DNA of 64,000 nt from an uncultured Gammaproteobacteria bacterium (GTDB lineage: Bacteria > Patescibacteriota > Patescibacteriia > UBA11705 > DATKZF01): NCBI GenBank assembly GCA_964411255.1, contig CAYPKD010000003.1, positions 16,477 through 80,476 on the forward strand. The letters run 5' to 3'. The position numbers and the translations under genes were made by a program. Below are positions 32,387-40,557 of the stretch, one piece after another. The stretch's first letter is position 1. The number at the start of each line of letters is the position of its first letter. The notes below the pieces were generated by a model that saw only the letters and a list, made by a program, of their open reading frames with translations, searched no databases and was not told where the DNA came from.

Positions 32387-33779
32387 AAAACTTTTTGATT
32401 TATTTCAAAAAGAACAACAATACTTAAAAAGAATAGAAAAAGATCATCCCGAACTTTTTGAATCACAGCTTCAAATTGATTCAAAACAGACTTTAGAAAA
32501 AGTGGGTATTGCCTTTCCATTCAGTAACATGCCTTTAGGATATTTAAAGTATCATCCTTTTGATTTTATTGTTGAGGAAATCCAAAAAGATCAACAAATC
32601 AGTACAATTGAATTTGAAAAAAATGTAATAGAAGATACTGAGCAAGAATATTCAACAATTTACGCAGACTTAGTTAAAATTGGAATCTCAACCATTGATG
32701 CTGTAAATGAACTGGCAACTCTATTAAATATTAAGCCTGAAAAAATAGGTACTGCTGGCATAAAAGATCAAAATGCTGTTACCAGCCAACGAATAAGCCT
32801 TAGAGGAGTAACATTAGAAAAAGTTCAGAATTTACGACCAAAAAACTTTTTTCTAAAAAATCTGGAACTGGGAAAAGGAGCTATTCAAATAGGAAATCTG
32901 GCTGGCAACAGATTTACTATTTTTATCAGAACAAAAGAACAAATCAGCCAAGAGCAAATAGAAACGCACATAAAAAAGGTGGAAAAAAACGGTTTTTGGA
33001 ATTTTTATTGGCTGCAGCGGTTTGGCAATCGACTAATATCCCATTACTGGGGATTATTTTTAATGCAGGGAAATTATGAAAAATGCGTTCATTCTTATTT
33101 TTGCGATATTGGAGACAGGGATTTGGGTTTTTTCCAGCAACTTCGCCAACAAGCGCAAAAATATTATGGTAATTGGCAGGACTTATACAAATTATTTCAA
33201 AATCTGCCATACTCATTGCGATATGAACTTTTAATGCTTGAGCATCTGATGAAAAATCCAAAAGATTTTACTGGTGCATTAAATACAGTTCCAGACCAAA
33301 TTCGACTCTGGGTATATGCTTATGCCAGTTATCTTTATAACAGCCTACTTTCTTATTATGCAACTGAAAATGTTAAATGCCCTCAAACATTGCCTTTGGT
33401 ATTAAGTATGAATTCTGCTGACCAAAAACCATATGAAGCGTTCCTAAAAGCAGATAAAGTGCCAATTAAATTTGGATTAAACTTAAAACCTTTTCCATAT
33501 GTACGATTATCTTCCCGGCAGGTAAATGCCCAGATGAATTATAAAATTTTAGGTGTAAAAGGACTTAAGGAAGGAATTGCAATCAGTTTTACCCTGGATA
33601 AAGGATCTTATGCCACAACCTTTTTAGCCCATCTATTTACCTTAACTGGTGGTGTGCCAATTCCAGATTGGCTTAATGATCAAAAATACGATTTTAAAAA
33701 ACTTTTAGATGTTGGTTCAATAAAAAACACTTATCAGTACTTAGAGCAATACATTGTAGAACGCGAAGATATTATTTAA
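32376..33779 (+). CDS. truD: tRNA pseudouridine(13) synthase
   Basis: DFIVEEI, AGIKDQNAVTSQ catalytic motif, GNLAGNRF, NFYWLQRFG, GSYAT. Confidence 0.93.
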   Translation: MKNEKLFDLFQKEQQYLKRIEKDHPELFESQLQIDSKQTLEKVGIAFPFSNMPLGYLKYHPFDFIVEEIQKDQQISTIEFEKNVIEDTEQEYSTIYADLVKIGISTIDAVNELATLLNIKPEKIGTAGIKDQNAVTSQRISLRGVTLEKVQNLRPKNFFLKNLELGKGAIQIGNLAGNRFTIFIRTKEQISQEQIETHIKKVEKNGFWNFYWLQRFGNRLISHYWGLFLMQGNYEKCVHSYFCDIGDRDLGFFQQLRQQAQKYYGNWQDLYKLFQNLPYSLRYELLMLEHLMKNPKDFTGALNTVPDQIRLWVYAYASYLYNSLLSYYATENVKCPQTLPLVLSMNSADQKPYEAFLKADKVPIKFGLNLKPFPYVRLSSRQVNAQMNYKILGVKGLKEGIAISFTLDKGSYATTFLAHLFTLTGGVPIPDWLNDQKYDFKKLLDVGSIKNTYQYLEQYIVEREDII

Positions 33780-33886
33780 GATTAAATAAATAGCTGTTGC
33801 CATCTGTTAATCTGTTTTTATCAATCTTCTAATCCTGTAAACAAAGACCCCGTAAACCATATTAGGTTACGGGGCTTTTTTTGAAC

Positions 33887-34423
33887 TTAGAGCTCAGTCA
33901 GACTCCACTCTTCGTTCTGGAAGTGTAGGGCCTGCTGTGCATTCTTGCCTACCTGGCGCTGTGTCACATTGACCGTAATTGGCCGGCCAGGTGCATTTTT
34001 CCAGACATAGCAGTTCGCCCAGGGACTTTCCAGCCGGTCATCAACGTACGACTTTTGGCTGTCAGTCAGCGGCATCACATCACCTTCAGAGAAAACCAGC
34101 CTCAGAAATCCTCCTCGGCTCTGTTTATTATCAAAGGTCTTGACATACCAGCCAACTGAAGTTAGCTCCAGCCCAACAGCCTGAAGGTCAGGATCCAGGG
34201 TCCTCAGACTGATGCTCGAATCTTCCATTTTCAAAATGCAAAGTCCGTCATCATCCTTGTTTCCCAATGCCCGCTGACTCCTCGGATCCTTTCCCTCATC
34301 CATAGCACCAAGTGCACGGTCAAGGTCAAGAACCTCTTCCTTCTGTCTGTCAAACTGAACGAAGAGAGACCTGCAGCGACCAAGCTGCTTGTCATTGAGC
34401 TTGAGATTCAAAAATACACGCAT
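33887..34423 (-). CDS. Hypothetical protein (GC-richer than flanks)
   Basis: ATG 34423 after AGGAG; own promoter and terminator (33844-33882). Confidence 0.7.
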   Translation of the reverse strand: MRVFLNLKLNDKQLGRCRSLFVQFDRQKEEVLDLDRALGAMDEGKDPRSQRALGNKDDDGLCILKMEDSSISLRTLDPDLQAVGLELTSVGWYVKTFDNKQSRGGFLRLVFSEGDVMPLTDSQKSYVDDRLESPWANCYVWKNAPGRPITVNVTQRQVGKNAQQALHFQNEEWSLTEL

Positions 34424-34590
34424 TGTCTTTCTCCTATTTTTTTCAATGTATTGTGAAAATTCCGAAAGAACTGAATATAAAATTATATCAAATATATTAA
34501 TTTTTGTCAATGACAAAATGCTATTTATTGCCTAAATTAAGTAAAAAATCCGATTTTTCATCGGATTTTCTTTATATATGTTTCCCTAAT

Positions 34591-37500
34591 TTATTCACTA
34601 ATTTTCTCAGCTTCTTTCAAATCCAAGGACAATACCCTGGATACGCCATCATCTCCCATTGAAACTCCATATAAAATATCAGCTGCATGCATTATTACCC
34701 TATTATGAGTAATTACTAAAAATTGAGTTTTGTACGACAATTCATTTAAAATATTTGCAAAACGCTCAGAATTCGCCTCGTCTAAAGCAGCGTCAACTTC
34801 ATCCATTACTACAAACGGAGAAGGATTGCTATCAATTATGGCGCATAAAAGAGCAATTGAGGTCATAGTCCGCTCTCCGCCAGACAAAGCAGTGATGTTA
34901 CTAATTTTTTTATTTGGCGGTGAAACCATAATTTCAATACCTTGTGTAACTTGCTTTATTATTTTTTCTAATTGTTTGTCTTTTTCATCAACTTCTTCTT
35001 CAAGTTCTGCTTCAGCCTGAGCCTGCTCTGCTTCGGTTTTTGGCTCAACTTTTGGCTTTGGCTTATCTTCTATCTGCTGCAATACTAATTTGGCTTTTCC
35101 TCCTTGAAATATTTTTATAAAATAATGCTGAAATGATTTATTTATTTTTTTAAATGACGATTCGAACTGACTTTTAATAACCTTATCCAGTTCAAAGATA
35201 ACTTTTTCCAAATCATCAATTGCTTTTTCCATATCCTTTACCTGTGTATTTAAAAATTCATATCGTTCTTTAACCTCCTCATATTCACTTACAATTTCCG
35301 GATCAATACCTCCGATTAAATCCAAATTATGCTTTAGTTTTCCTATTTCATGCCATAGCTGGTCAATATTTATGATTGTTTTATCAACTGGCAAATTTTC
35401 CGGCTTATATTCTGATCCCAGTTCCTGTAAAATTTCTTTCAGTAGATCTTCAGTCTTAGCTTCAAGTTTGGCCAGCATAATTTTTGCCTGATTTACCTTA
35501 TCAGTAATTTCATTTACTTCAAACTGTTTTTTTTGCATTTGTTCTTGCAATTTAAATACCTGTTCTGTCTTTTTTTCTTCCTCCAGATTGAATTTATCAA
35601 TTTTATTTTTGCTATTTATTATTTTTTTCTCCAATTGCTGCAAATTATCTTCAAGCTCTTTTTTTTGCTCATTAACTTGGGTTAAAAACTTCGGCTGATC
35701 TTTCGGAGAAAGTTTGTTTTCCTCCAGCTGCATTTGAATTTTCCTTTTTTCAACCTGCAAACTGCCTAAATCGTTTCGTAACCCTTTTTCTTTTGTTGAA
35801 TTTACTTCAATTTCAATTTTAAGCTCATTGATATCATTAAGCAGAGCCCCCTTTTCTTTTTGTTGATTGTTTAATTTATTTTTTAATGTTTCAATTTCCT
35901 TCATTTTCGTTTCCTGAGATACTGCCTGCGCAATTTCTCTTGCACCGAAGCTAAAGGCCGCCTCTTTTACCCTTTTATATCCACCCCGAATAGATCCAAT
36001 CCTTTCCACTAGCTCGCCTTCTAATGTCACCATTCTGGCATTGCCAAATCCTATTTGCTTTGCTGATTCCATTTCATCAACAATAATTGTATCACCTAAC
36101 ACGTATTCAAATATTTTTTTATATTTTGGATCAAAAGAAATTAAATCAATTGCTTTGGCAATTGCCCCTTTTTCCGATAATAATTTCTTAATCTCTCCGT
36201 TAGCTGCTCTTGGCCTAATTTTATTCAAAGGAAAAAAAGTTATCACTCCAAGCTTATTATCCTTTAAATAATTAATACATTTTATAGCCACCTCTTCGTT
36301 TTGAACCACGACTGAACCGAGACGGCCTCCAGCCGCAGTTTCCAAGGCTGTCTGGTACATTTCTTCAACATTGCCCAGCTGGCTAACTGTGCCGAAAATC
36401 CCTTTAATAAAATTTTTCTGGCGTAAAATAGCTGAAACTGCCTGCTGATTTGCTGAATAGCCCACTCCCTGCTGACCCTTCATTTTTGCTAGATCTATCT
36501 GGGCTGCTTCTAAATTATTTGACAACAAAGAAATGTCACTCAAAACCTGCTGATAATTTTTTTCTTTTTCATCTAAAACCTCCTTTTGATGGTCAATTTT
36601 TGTTTGGATGTGCCCTAAATTTTCAGTTATTTCATTCAATCTTTTAATCAATTCTTCCCTTTTCTCTTCAAGCCATGAAATGTTTTGTTTTCCTAATTTA
36701 GAGTATTCCAGCTTTGACTTGCCTTTTAATACTGCCAGCTCGCCAAGTAGCTGATTCTTTTCTGTCTGTAGCTTATTATATTCTTTTTGCAAATTATTAA
36801 AAATGTCTTTTCTTGATTCTTGTTTTGCCAATTTCCCTAAATTATCCTGAATTTCATTTAATTCTAGAGTTGCCTCTTGCCTAACCTTGTCCTGAACTGA
36901 AAACTCCTGGCTGTATTTGTCCTTTTTTTCCTTAATATCATTCCATAAATAACCATAATATTTTTCCTGCAATTCTGTTAAACTCTTTTCTAATTCTTTT
37001 CTTTTTTCCAGTTTTTTAACCTGTCTGGTCAAAGACCGTAGCCGAGGTTCAAGCTCAGCCAAAATATTATTTGATTGATCCAAATTATCTCGTGTTCTTT
37101 TTAATTTATTCACCGCTTGATCCCTTTTTATCTGATATTGCTTAATGCCAGTTGCTTCATCAAAAAATTCTTTTCTTTCATTTGGAGAAATATTAATAAT
37201 ATAATCAACCATGCCCTGTCCAATAATTGAATAACTTTTTTGTCCAAAATTTGCCTTTGCCAAAAGCATTAAAATATCAAAAAGCCTGACTTTATTTTTA
37301 TTAATCAAATATTCACCCTCGCCATCACGATAAACACGCCGGGTTATTACCACTTCTGAATATTCAATTGGAATTTTGCCATCTTCATTATTTAAAAACA
37401 AAGAAGCTTCAGCAAAACCCTGCCGGGCCAAACTGGACGAGCCGGAAAATATTACGTCTTCTGACTTTTTACCACGAAGAAGCTTGAGACTCTGCTCGCC

Positions 37501-37671
37501 TAAAACCCAGCGAACAGCATCAGCAATATTAGATTTTCCAGAACCATTTGGGCCGACAATGGCCGTAACACTTTTGGCCTTTGCATCTTTATGAGATTTG
37601 TCAGGAAATTCTAAAACAGTCTTTCTGGCAAAAGATTTGAATCCTTGAAGTTCGATCTTAGATAAATACAT
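34591..37671 (-). CDS. smc: Chromosome segregation protein SMC
   Basis: GFKSF, GPNGSGKSN Walker A, hinge, LSGGE signature, MDEVDAALD, ITH. Confidence 0.97.
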   Translation of the reverse strand: MYLSKIELQGFKSFARKTVLEFPDKSHKDAKAKSVTAIVGPNGSGKSNIADAVRWVLGEQSLKLLRGKKSEDVIFSGSSSLARQGFAEASLFLNNEDGKIPIEYSEVVITRRVYRDGEGEYLINKNKVRLFDILMLLAKANFGQKSYSIIGQGMVDYIINISPNERKEFFDEATGIKQYQIKRDQAVNKLKRTRDNLDQSNNILAELEPRLRSLTRQVKKLEKRKELEKSLTELQEKYYGYLWNDIKEKKDKYSQEFSVQDKVRQEATLELNEIQDNLGKLAKQESRKDIFNNLQKEYNKLQTEKNQLLGELAVLKGKSKLEYSKLGKQNISWLEEKREELIKRLNEITENLGHIQTKIDHQKEVLDEKEKNYQQVLSDISLLSNNLEAAQIDLAKMKGQQGVGYSANQQAVSAILRQKNFIKGIFGTVSQLGNVEEMYQTALETAAGGRLGSVVVQNEEVAIKCINYLKDNKLGVITFFPLNKIRPRAANGEIKKLLSEKGAIAKAIDLISFDPKYKKIFEYVLGDTIIVDEMESAKQIGFGNARMVTLEGELVERIGSIRGGYKRVKEAAFSFGAREIAQAVSQETKMKEIETLKNKLNNQQKEKGALLNDINELKIEIEVNSTKEKGLRNDLGSLQVEKRKIQMQLEENKLSPKDQPKFLTQVNEQKKELEDNLQQLEKKIINSKNKIDKFNLEEEKKTEQVFKLQEQMQKKQFEVNEITDKVNQAKIMLAKLEAKTEDLLKEILQELGSEYKPENLPVDKTIINIDQLWHEIGKLKHNLDLIGGIDPEIVSEYEEVKERYEFLNTQVKDMEKAIDDLEKVIFELDKVIKSQFESSFKKINKSFQHYFIKIFQGGKAKLVLQQIEDKPKPKVEPKTEAEQAQAEAELEEEVDEKDKQLEKIIKQVTQGIEIMVSPPNKKISNITALSGGERTMTSIALLCAIIDSNPSPFVVMDEVDAALDEANSERFANILNELSYKTQFLVITHNRVIMHAADILYGVSMGDDGVSRVLSLDLKEAEKISE

Positions 37672-37822
37672 AAATAAAAAAAGAATCGACTTATTCTTAT
37701 AAAATTATACCTTATTTTTAAAGCTCAAACAAGCTCAATTTGGGATAATTTAAAATTAAAACCAGCAGTGAAATGCTTCACTGCTGGGCTATGGATCATG
37801 AGCAGACTGGCTGCTCTAATGA

Positions 37823-39433
37823 TCAATTGACTTTTGGACTCCAGCTTCGGATCCGAGTAACTGCCTGTACTCCATCCTCTTCGAAAAGAGGAATAAAGCT
37901 CAGCAGCTTGTCAGACCAGCCAGCCAAAGTGGCCACCTTCTGGTCGCTTTCACAGAACTGGGCAGTTCCATAACCAGCCAAATCCACTGAGTAGAGGACT
38001 ACTCTGGGATTTACCTGATGACGGTATCTTTCCAGCTCAACCGCAAGCGATGTCTGGCGTCCTCGGTGTAGCGGGATGTAACACTGCATGTCAGAAAACA
38101 GGATTATCCTGTCAACACGAGTGTTTGTCCTCCGCAGATGCCGAACAGCCTCGAACGCATGGGTTGCGTGTTCAACATCAGTCTTGGCAAACCGACGCAT
38201 GTTGGTGATAATAGAATCGCAAGGATTCACATTCACCACCTTATGGTAGGTGCCAAACACTGATGTCACTGCCTGGTCGCACATTGTGTGAGCAATGGAA
38301 CCAAGCAGATTTGCCACGTCCTTACACGTCACCGAGGACTTTTCCGAAAGTGTGCCGTTCATTGACGCTGAATTATCCATGGTAATAAATGAGACACCCG
38401 GCAGGCGGGGCAAATTCACCACAGACGCTTCAAGAGCCAAGGAAACCGCCTTCAGCACCTGCTGTACTTGCGGGTGCTGCAACTTCTCTACCTCGCGAAA
38501 GGCAGACAAGAACCGGAACGGCAGCTGCTTTGAGTACTTCACCCTTTCAGGATCAGCAATCATTGCCAGTACCTTATCCAGCTCTGCGCCCTTCTCGAGG
38601 AGGTTGCGCAAATTCCTCAACGCTGCCATATACGGCAGGTTCAGAGCATTCCAGACTTCAGCCCGAGAGCCAAACTTGGAAGTCAGAACCTCCCAGGTAG
38701 CGTGGGACTTGCGTGCCAGCTCTTTAGCCTCGTCATCAAACGTCTCCTTGCGGAGAAGTGCGTGCTTGGCAGCCAGAAGCGGCAGAAGTTCAGGATTGAG
38801 TTCTCCCTTGACCAAGTAGCGGAACAAAGCGCTATGCTTTTCCGTCTTGGGCTTGGGCCGAACAATTCGCAGCATGTCTCGGAAGGTGACTGCACGCTTC
38901 TTCCGATCATACTTGGCGAATTGATACTCGTCAAACGAATACAGCGCATCAGCGATTCCCTTTGACAGGGATTTGGGAAAGGCATGCATACCGCCAGCCT
39001 CGCCCTTATCGCCAATAGAGCCGTGTCGCTTGACCCAGTAGCCAATGACCTCAGAGAGTTCATCAGCCCGTTGCAGAATTTGCGGCGTCCATTTGCGAAC
39101 AAATGGCTTGCACTGGGGAATGGCAGCAGCTTCTGCAAGCAGAACCACTGACACACTCCGCATGTACATTACCTGGCGCGCATAGGCAGCCAGTCGCAAC
39201 ACAAATTCCGGGTCGACCGCTGCCACCAGCTTGATATCCTCAAGCAGGCCAGCGTCGTGATCCTGAGCAGACTGGTAAAAAGTCTTCTCAGCCACGAAAG
39301 TTGACATGACGCGCGTATAAAGCCGCGTCAAGGGGGTGAGCTCAAAAGCAAGCCCGCCCTCAAAATTTACTGTTGCATCTGGCCGGTTGGCCAGGTCCGC
39401 TGCGACCGATGTCTGACGATTAAACTTCGTCAT
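37823..39433 (-). CDS. rsr: Ro60/Rsr TROVE-domain RNA-binding protein with C-terminal vWA
   Basis: NFEGGLAF, YARQVMYMRS, QRADE, FDEYQFAKY, TWE, PYMAALRNLRN, SKQLPFRFLSA, DNSASM, FSDMQ, SVDLAGYG, AGWSDK; AGGAGG RBS. Confidence 0.95.
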   Translation of the reverse strand: MTKFNRQTSVAADLANRPDATVNFEGGLAFELTPLTRLYTRVMSTFVAEKTFYQSAQDHDAGLLEDIKLVAAVDPEFVLRLAAYARQVMYMRSVSVVLLAEAAAIPQCKPFVRKWTPQILQRADELSEVIGYWVKRHGSIGDKGEAGGMHAFPKSLSKGIADALYSFDEYQFAKYDRKKRAVTFRDMLRIVRPKPKTEKHSALFRYLVKGELNPELLPLLAAKHALLRKETFDDEAKELARKSHATWEVLTSKFGSRAEVWNALNLPYMAALRNLRNLLEKGAELDKVLAMIADPERVKYSKQLPFRFLSAFREVEKLQHPQVQQVLKAVSLALEASVVNLPRLPGVSFITMDNSASMNGTLSEKSSVTCKDVANLLGSIAHTMCDQAVTSVFGTYHKVVNVNPCDSIITNMRRFAKTDVEHATHAFEAVRHLRRTNTRVDRIILFSDMQCYIPLHRGRQTSLAVELERYRHQVNPRVVLYSVDLAGYGTAQFCESDQKVATLAGWSDKLLSFIPLFEEDGVQAVTRIRSWSPKVN

Positions 39434-39590
39434 CCCACACCTCCTGTGTGATACCAGGGGAAACTACGGCCTTCTGGCTCTAAAAACATTGTTATTTTTA
39501 GAGCCACAATCACATAGTCTCAAAATTTTTCACAAAAAAAATTACTGAAAATAAACTCCTTTATCAGTAATCGTCCATAGCATGGATAAA

Positions 39591-39977
39591 GTTTCAATTT
39601 TCTGATTCCAAACCCCAAACTATGTCAGAAGCAGAAAGTTGAGCGCATAACATGGTCATGCGCAAGAGAATTTCCCAGGAGAAAAAGCACTAAAGGTCGA
39701 GCTACCCAAGTTATGATCCTTACTGGACCAAAATCAGTCGCTGACTAGCTTGTGTTCCTATGAATAAACATAAGGACACCTCCTAAAAGTTGTTGGACTT
39801 CGCAAAATGCTGCAAAGAGTGGCTTGGATAGCGAAGTAACCCTTATCTACACTACCTGGGAAAATATATGGAGAAAAATCTCTTCTCAATATATTCTCCA
39901 AGGCAATGCTCTAATTTTCTAATCCCAAATGGATTAGGAGCAGAAAGTTAGGGCGCATGAATCTTATCATGCGCAAA
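39591..39977. repeat. Second repeat class in the array, two copies (39591-39666 and 39908-39977)
   Basis: Both read AATTTTCT..hairpin..AGCAGAAAGTT..GCGCAT..CATGCGCAA. Confidence 0.75.
39671..39863 (-). ncRNA. Y-RNA-like (Yrl) element 1, multibranched insert
   Basis: Minus strand CCCAGGUAGUGUAGAUAAGGGUUACUUCG...GACCUUUAGUGCUUUUUCUCCUGGG; paired ends; insert closed by GCUAUCCAAG/CUUGGGUAGC with ~5 hairpins; adjacent to TROVE gene. Confidence 0.75.
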
Positions 39978-39983
39978 GGTGAG

Positions 39984-40140
39984 GCAAGTTTGGAGAGAAA
40001 GGTCAAGAACAGTCTCAAGTGATCAGCAGCTATTCAAGCCGTCTGATCGTAAACAATTTGCTGTCAATTGTTTAACAATCAACCGCAAATTTGTCTTCTT
40101 CAATATCGAAGTAACTGCTCTCTACACTGCTCCAACTTGC
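39984..40140 (-). ncRNA. Y-RNA-like (Yrl) element 2
   Basis: GCAAGUUGGAGCAGUGUAGAGAGCAGUUACUUCG...GACUGUUCUUGACCUUUCUCUCCAAACUUGC; two-hairpin insert. Confidence 0.75.
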
Positions 40141-40152
40141 AGGAAAAGGACA

Positions 40153-40266
40153 AAGTTTAGGGAGAAAAAACGATAAGAGTCTTTTAATGGGCCGTTTTCA
40201 CAGCCCACCGATTTGACATGATATCGAAGTATCTGAAGTATCTCTTATCTACACTGCCCTAAACTT
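40153..40266 (-). ncRNA. Y-RNA-like (Yrl) element 3
   Basis: AAGUUUAGGGCAGUGUAGAUAAGAGAUACUUC...GACUCUUAUCGUUUUUUCUCCCUAAACUU; insert hairpin GGGCUGU-GAAA-ACGGCCC. Confidence 0.75.
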
Positions 40267-40275
40267 CAGAAACCA

Positions 40276-40352
40276 ATCGGGAGAAAAGTCAGCAAGAGCC
40301 ATTAGAAAAGCTCAAAATGATTTCGAAGGATCTCTTGCCTACACTGCCCGAT
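40276..40352 (-). ncRNA. Y-RNA-like (Yrl) element 4, minimal
   Basis: AUCGGGCAGUGUAGGCAAGAGAUCCUUCG...GGCUCUUGCUGACUUUUCUCCCGAU. Confidence 0.72.
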
Positions 40353-40415
40353 AAAGCATCTTACAAAATATCTCTTATAAAATGTTTTCTTGAGCTGTAT
40401 AATTTTCAATATTTT

Positions 40416-40444
40416 ATCATAGCAAAAAAAAACGGTTTTGTCAA
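40416..40444 (-). promoter_or_regulatory. Sigma70 promoter driving the Yrl array and rsr
   Basis: TTGACA-N17-TATGAT with TG extended -10 on the minus strand. Confidence 0.7.
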
Positions 40445-40557
40445 CAATATTAAAATATTAATGTAGTGTTTCTTTCCTAAAATTAGAATAAAATTTAATA
40501 AAATTAAATAAAATCAATTTTTATAATATTTCAAAAATAAATCAAAAAGCACGAAAA

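Noticed and set aside
39591-39977. HDV-like, twister or pistol ribozyme for the second repeat class
   Set aside because: Required pseudoknot pairings and catalytic motifs could not be built in both copies
39979-40176. 65-aa plus-strand ORF in the Yrl array
   Set aside because: Overlaps structured repeat elements on the opposite strand, no RBS or recognisable protein features
39671-40352. Plus-strand resemblance of the repeats to hairpin-ribozyme loop B (AGAAAAA..CUACACU(A/G)C)
   Set aside because: No N-GUC substrate strand forming loop A; G-U pairs, GAAA tetraloop and promoter all favour the minus strand and a Y-RNA reading
39440-40360. CRISPR array upstream of rsr
   Set aside because: Repeats are bipartite, self-complementary around variable-length inserts and irregularly spaced; no cas genes
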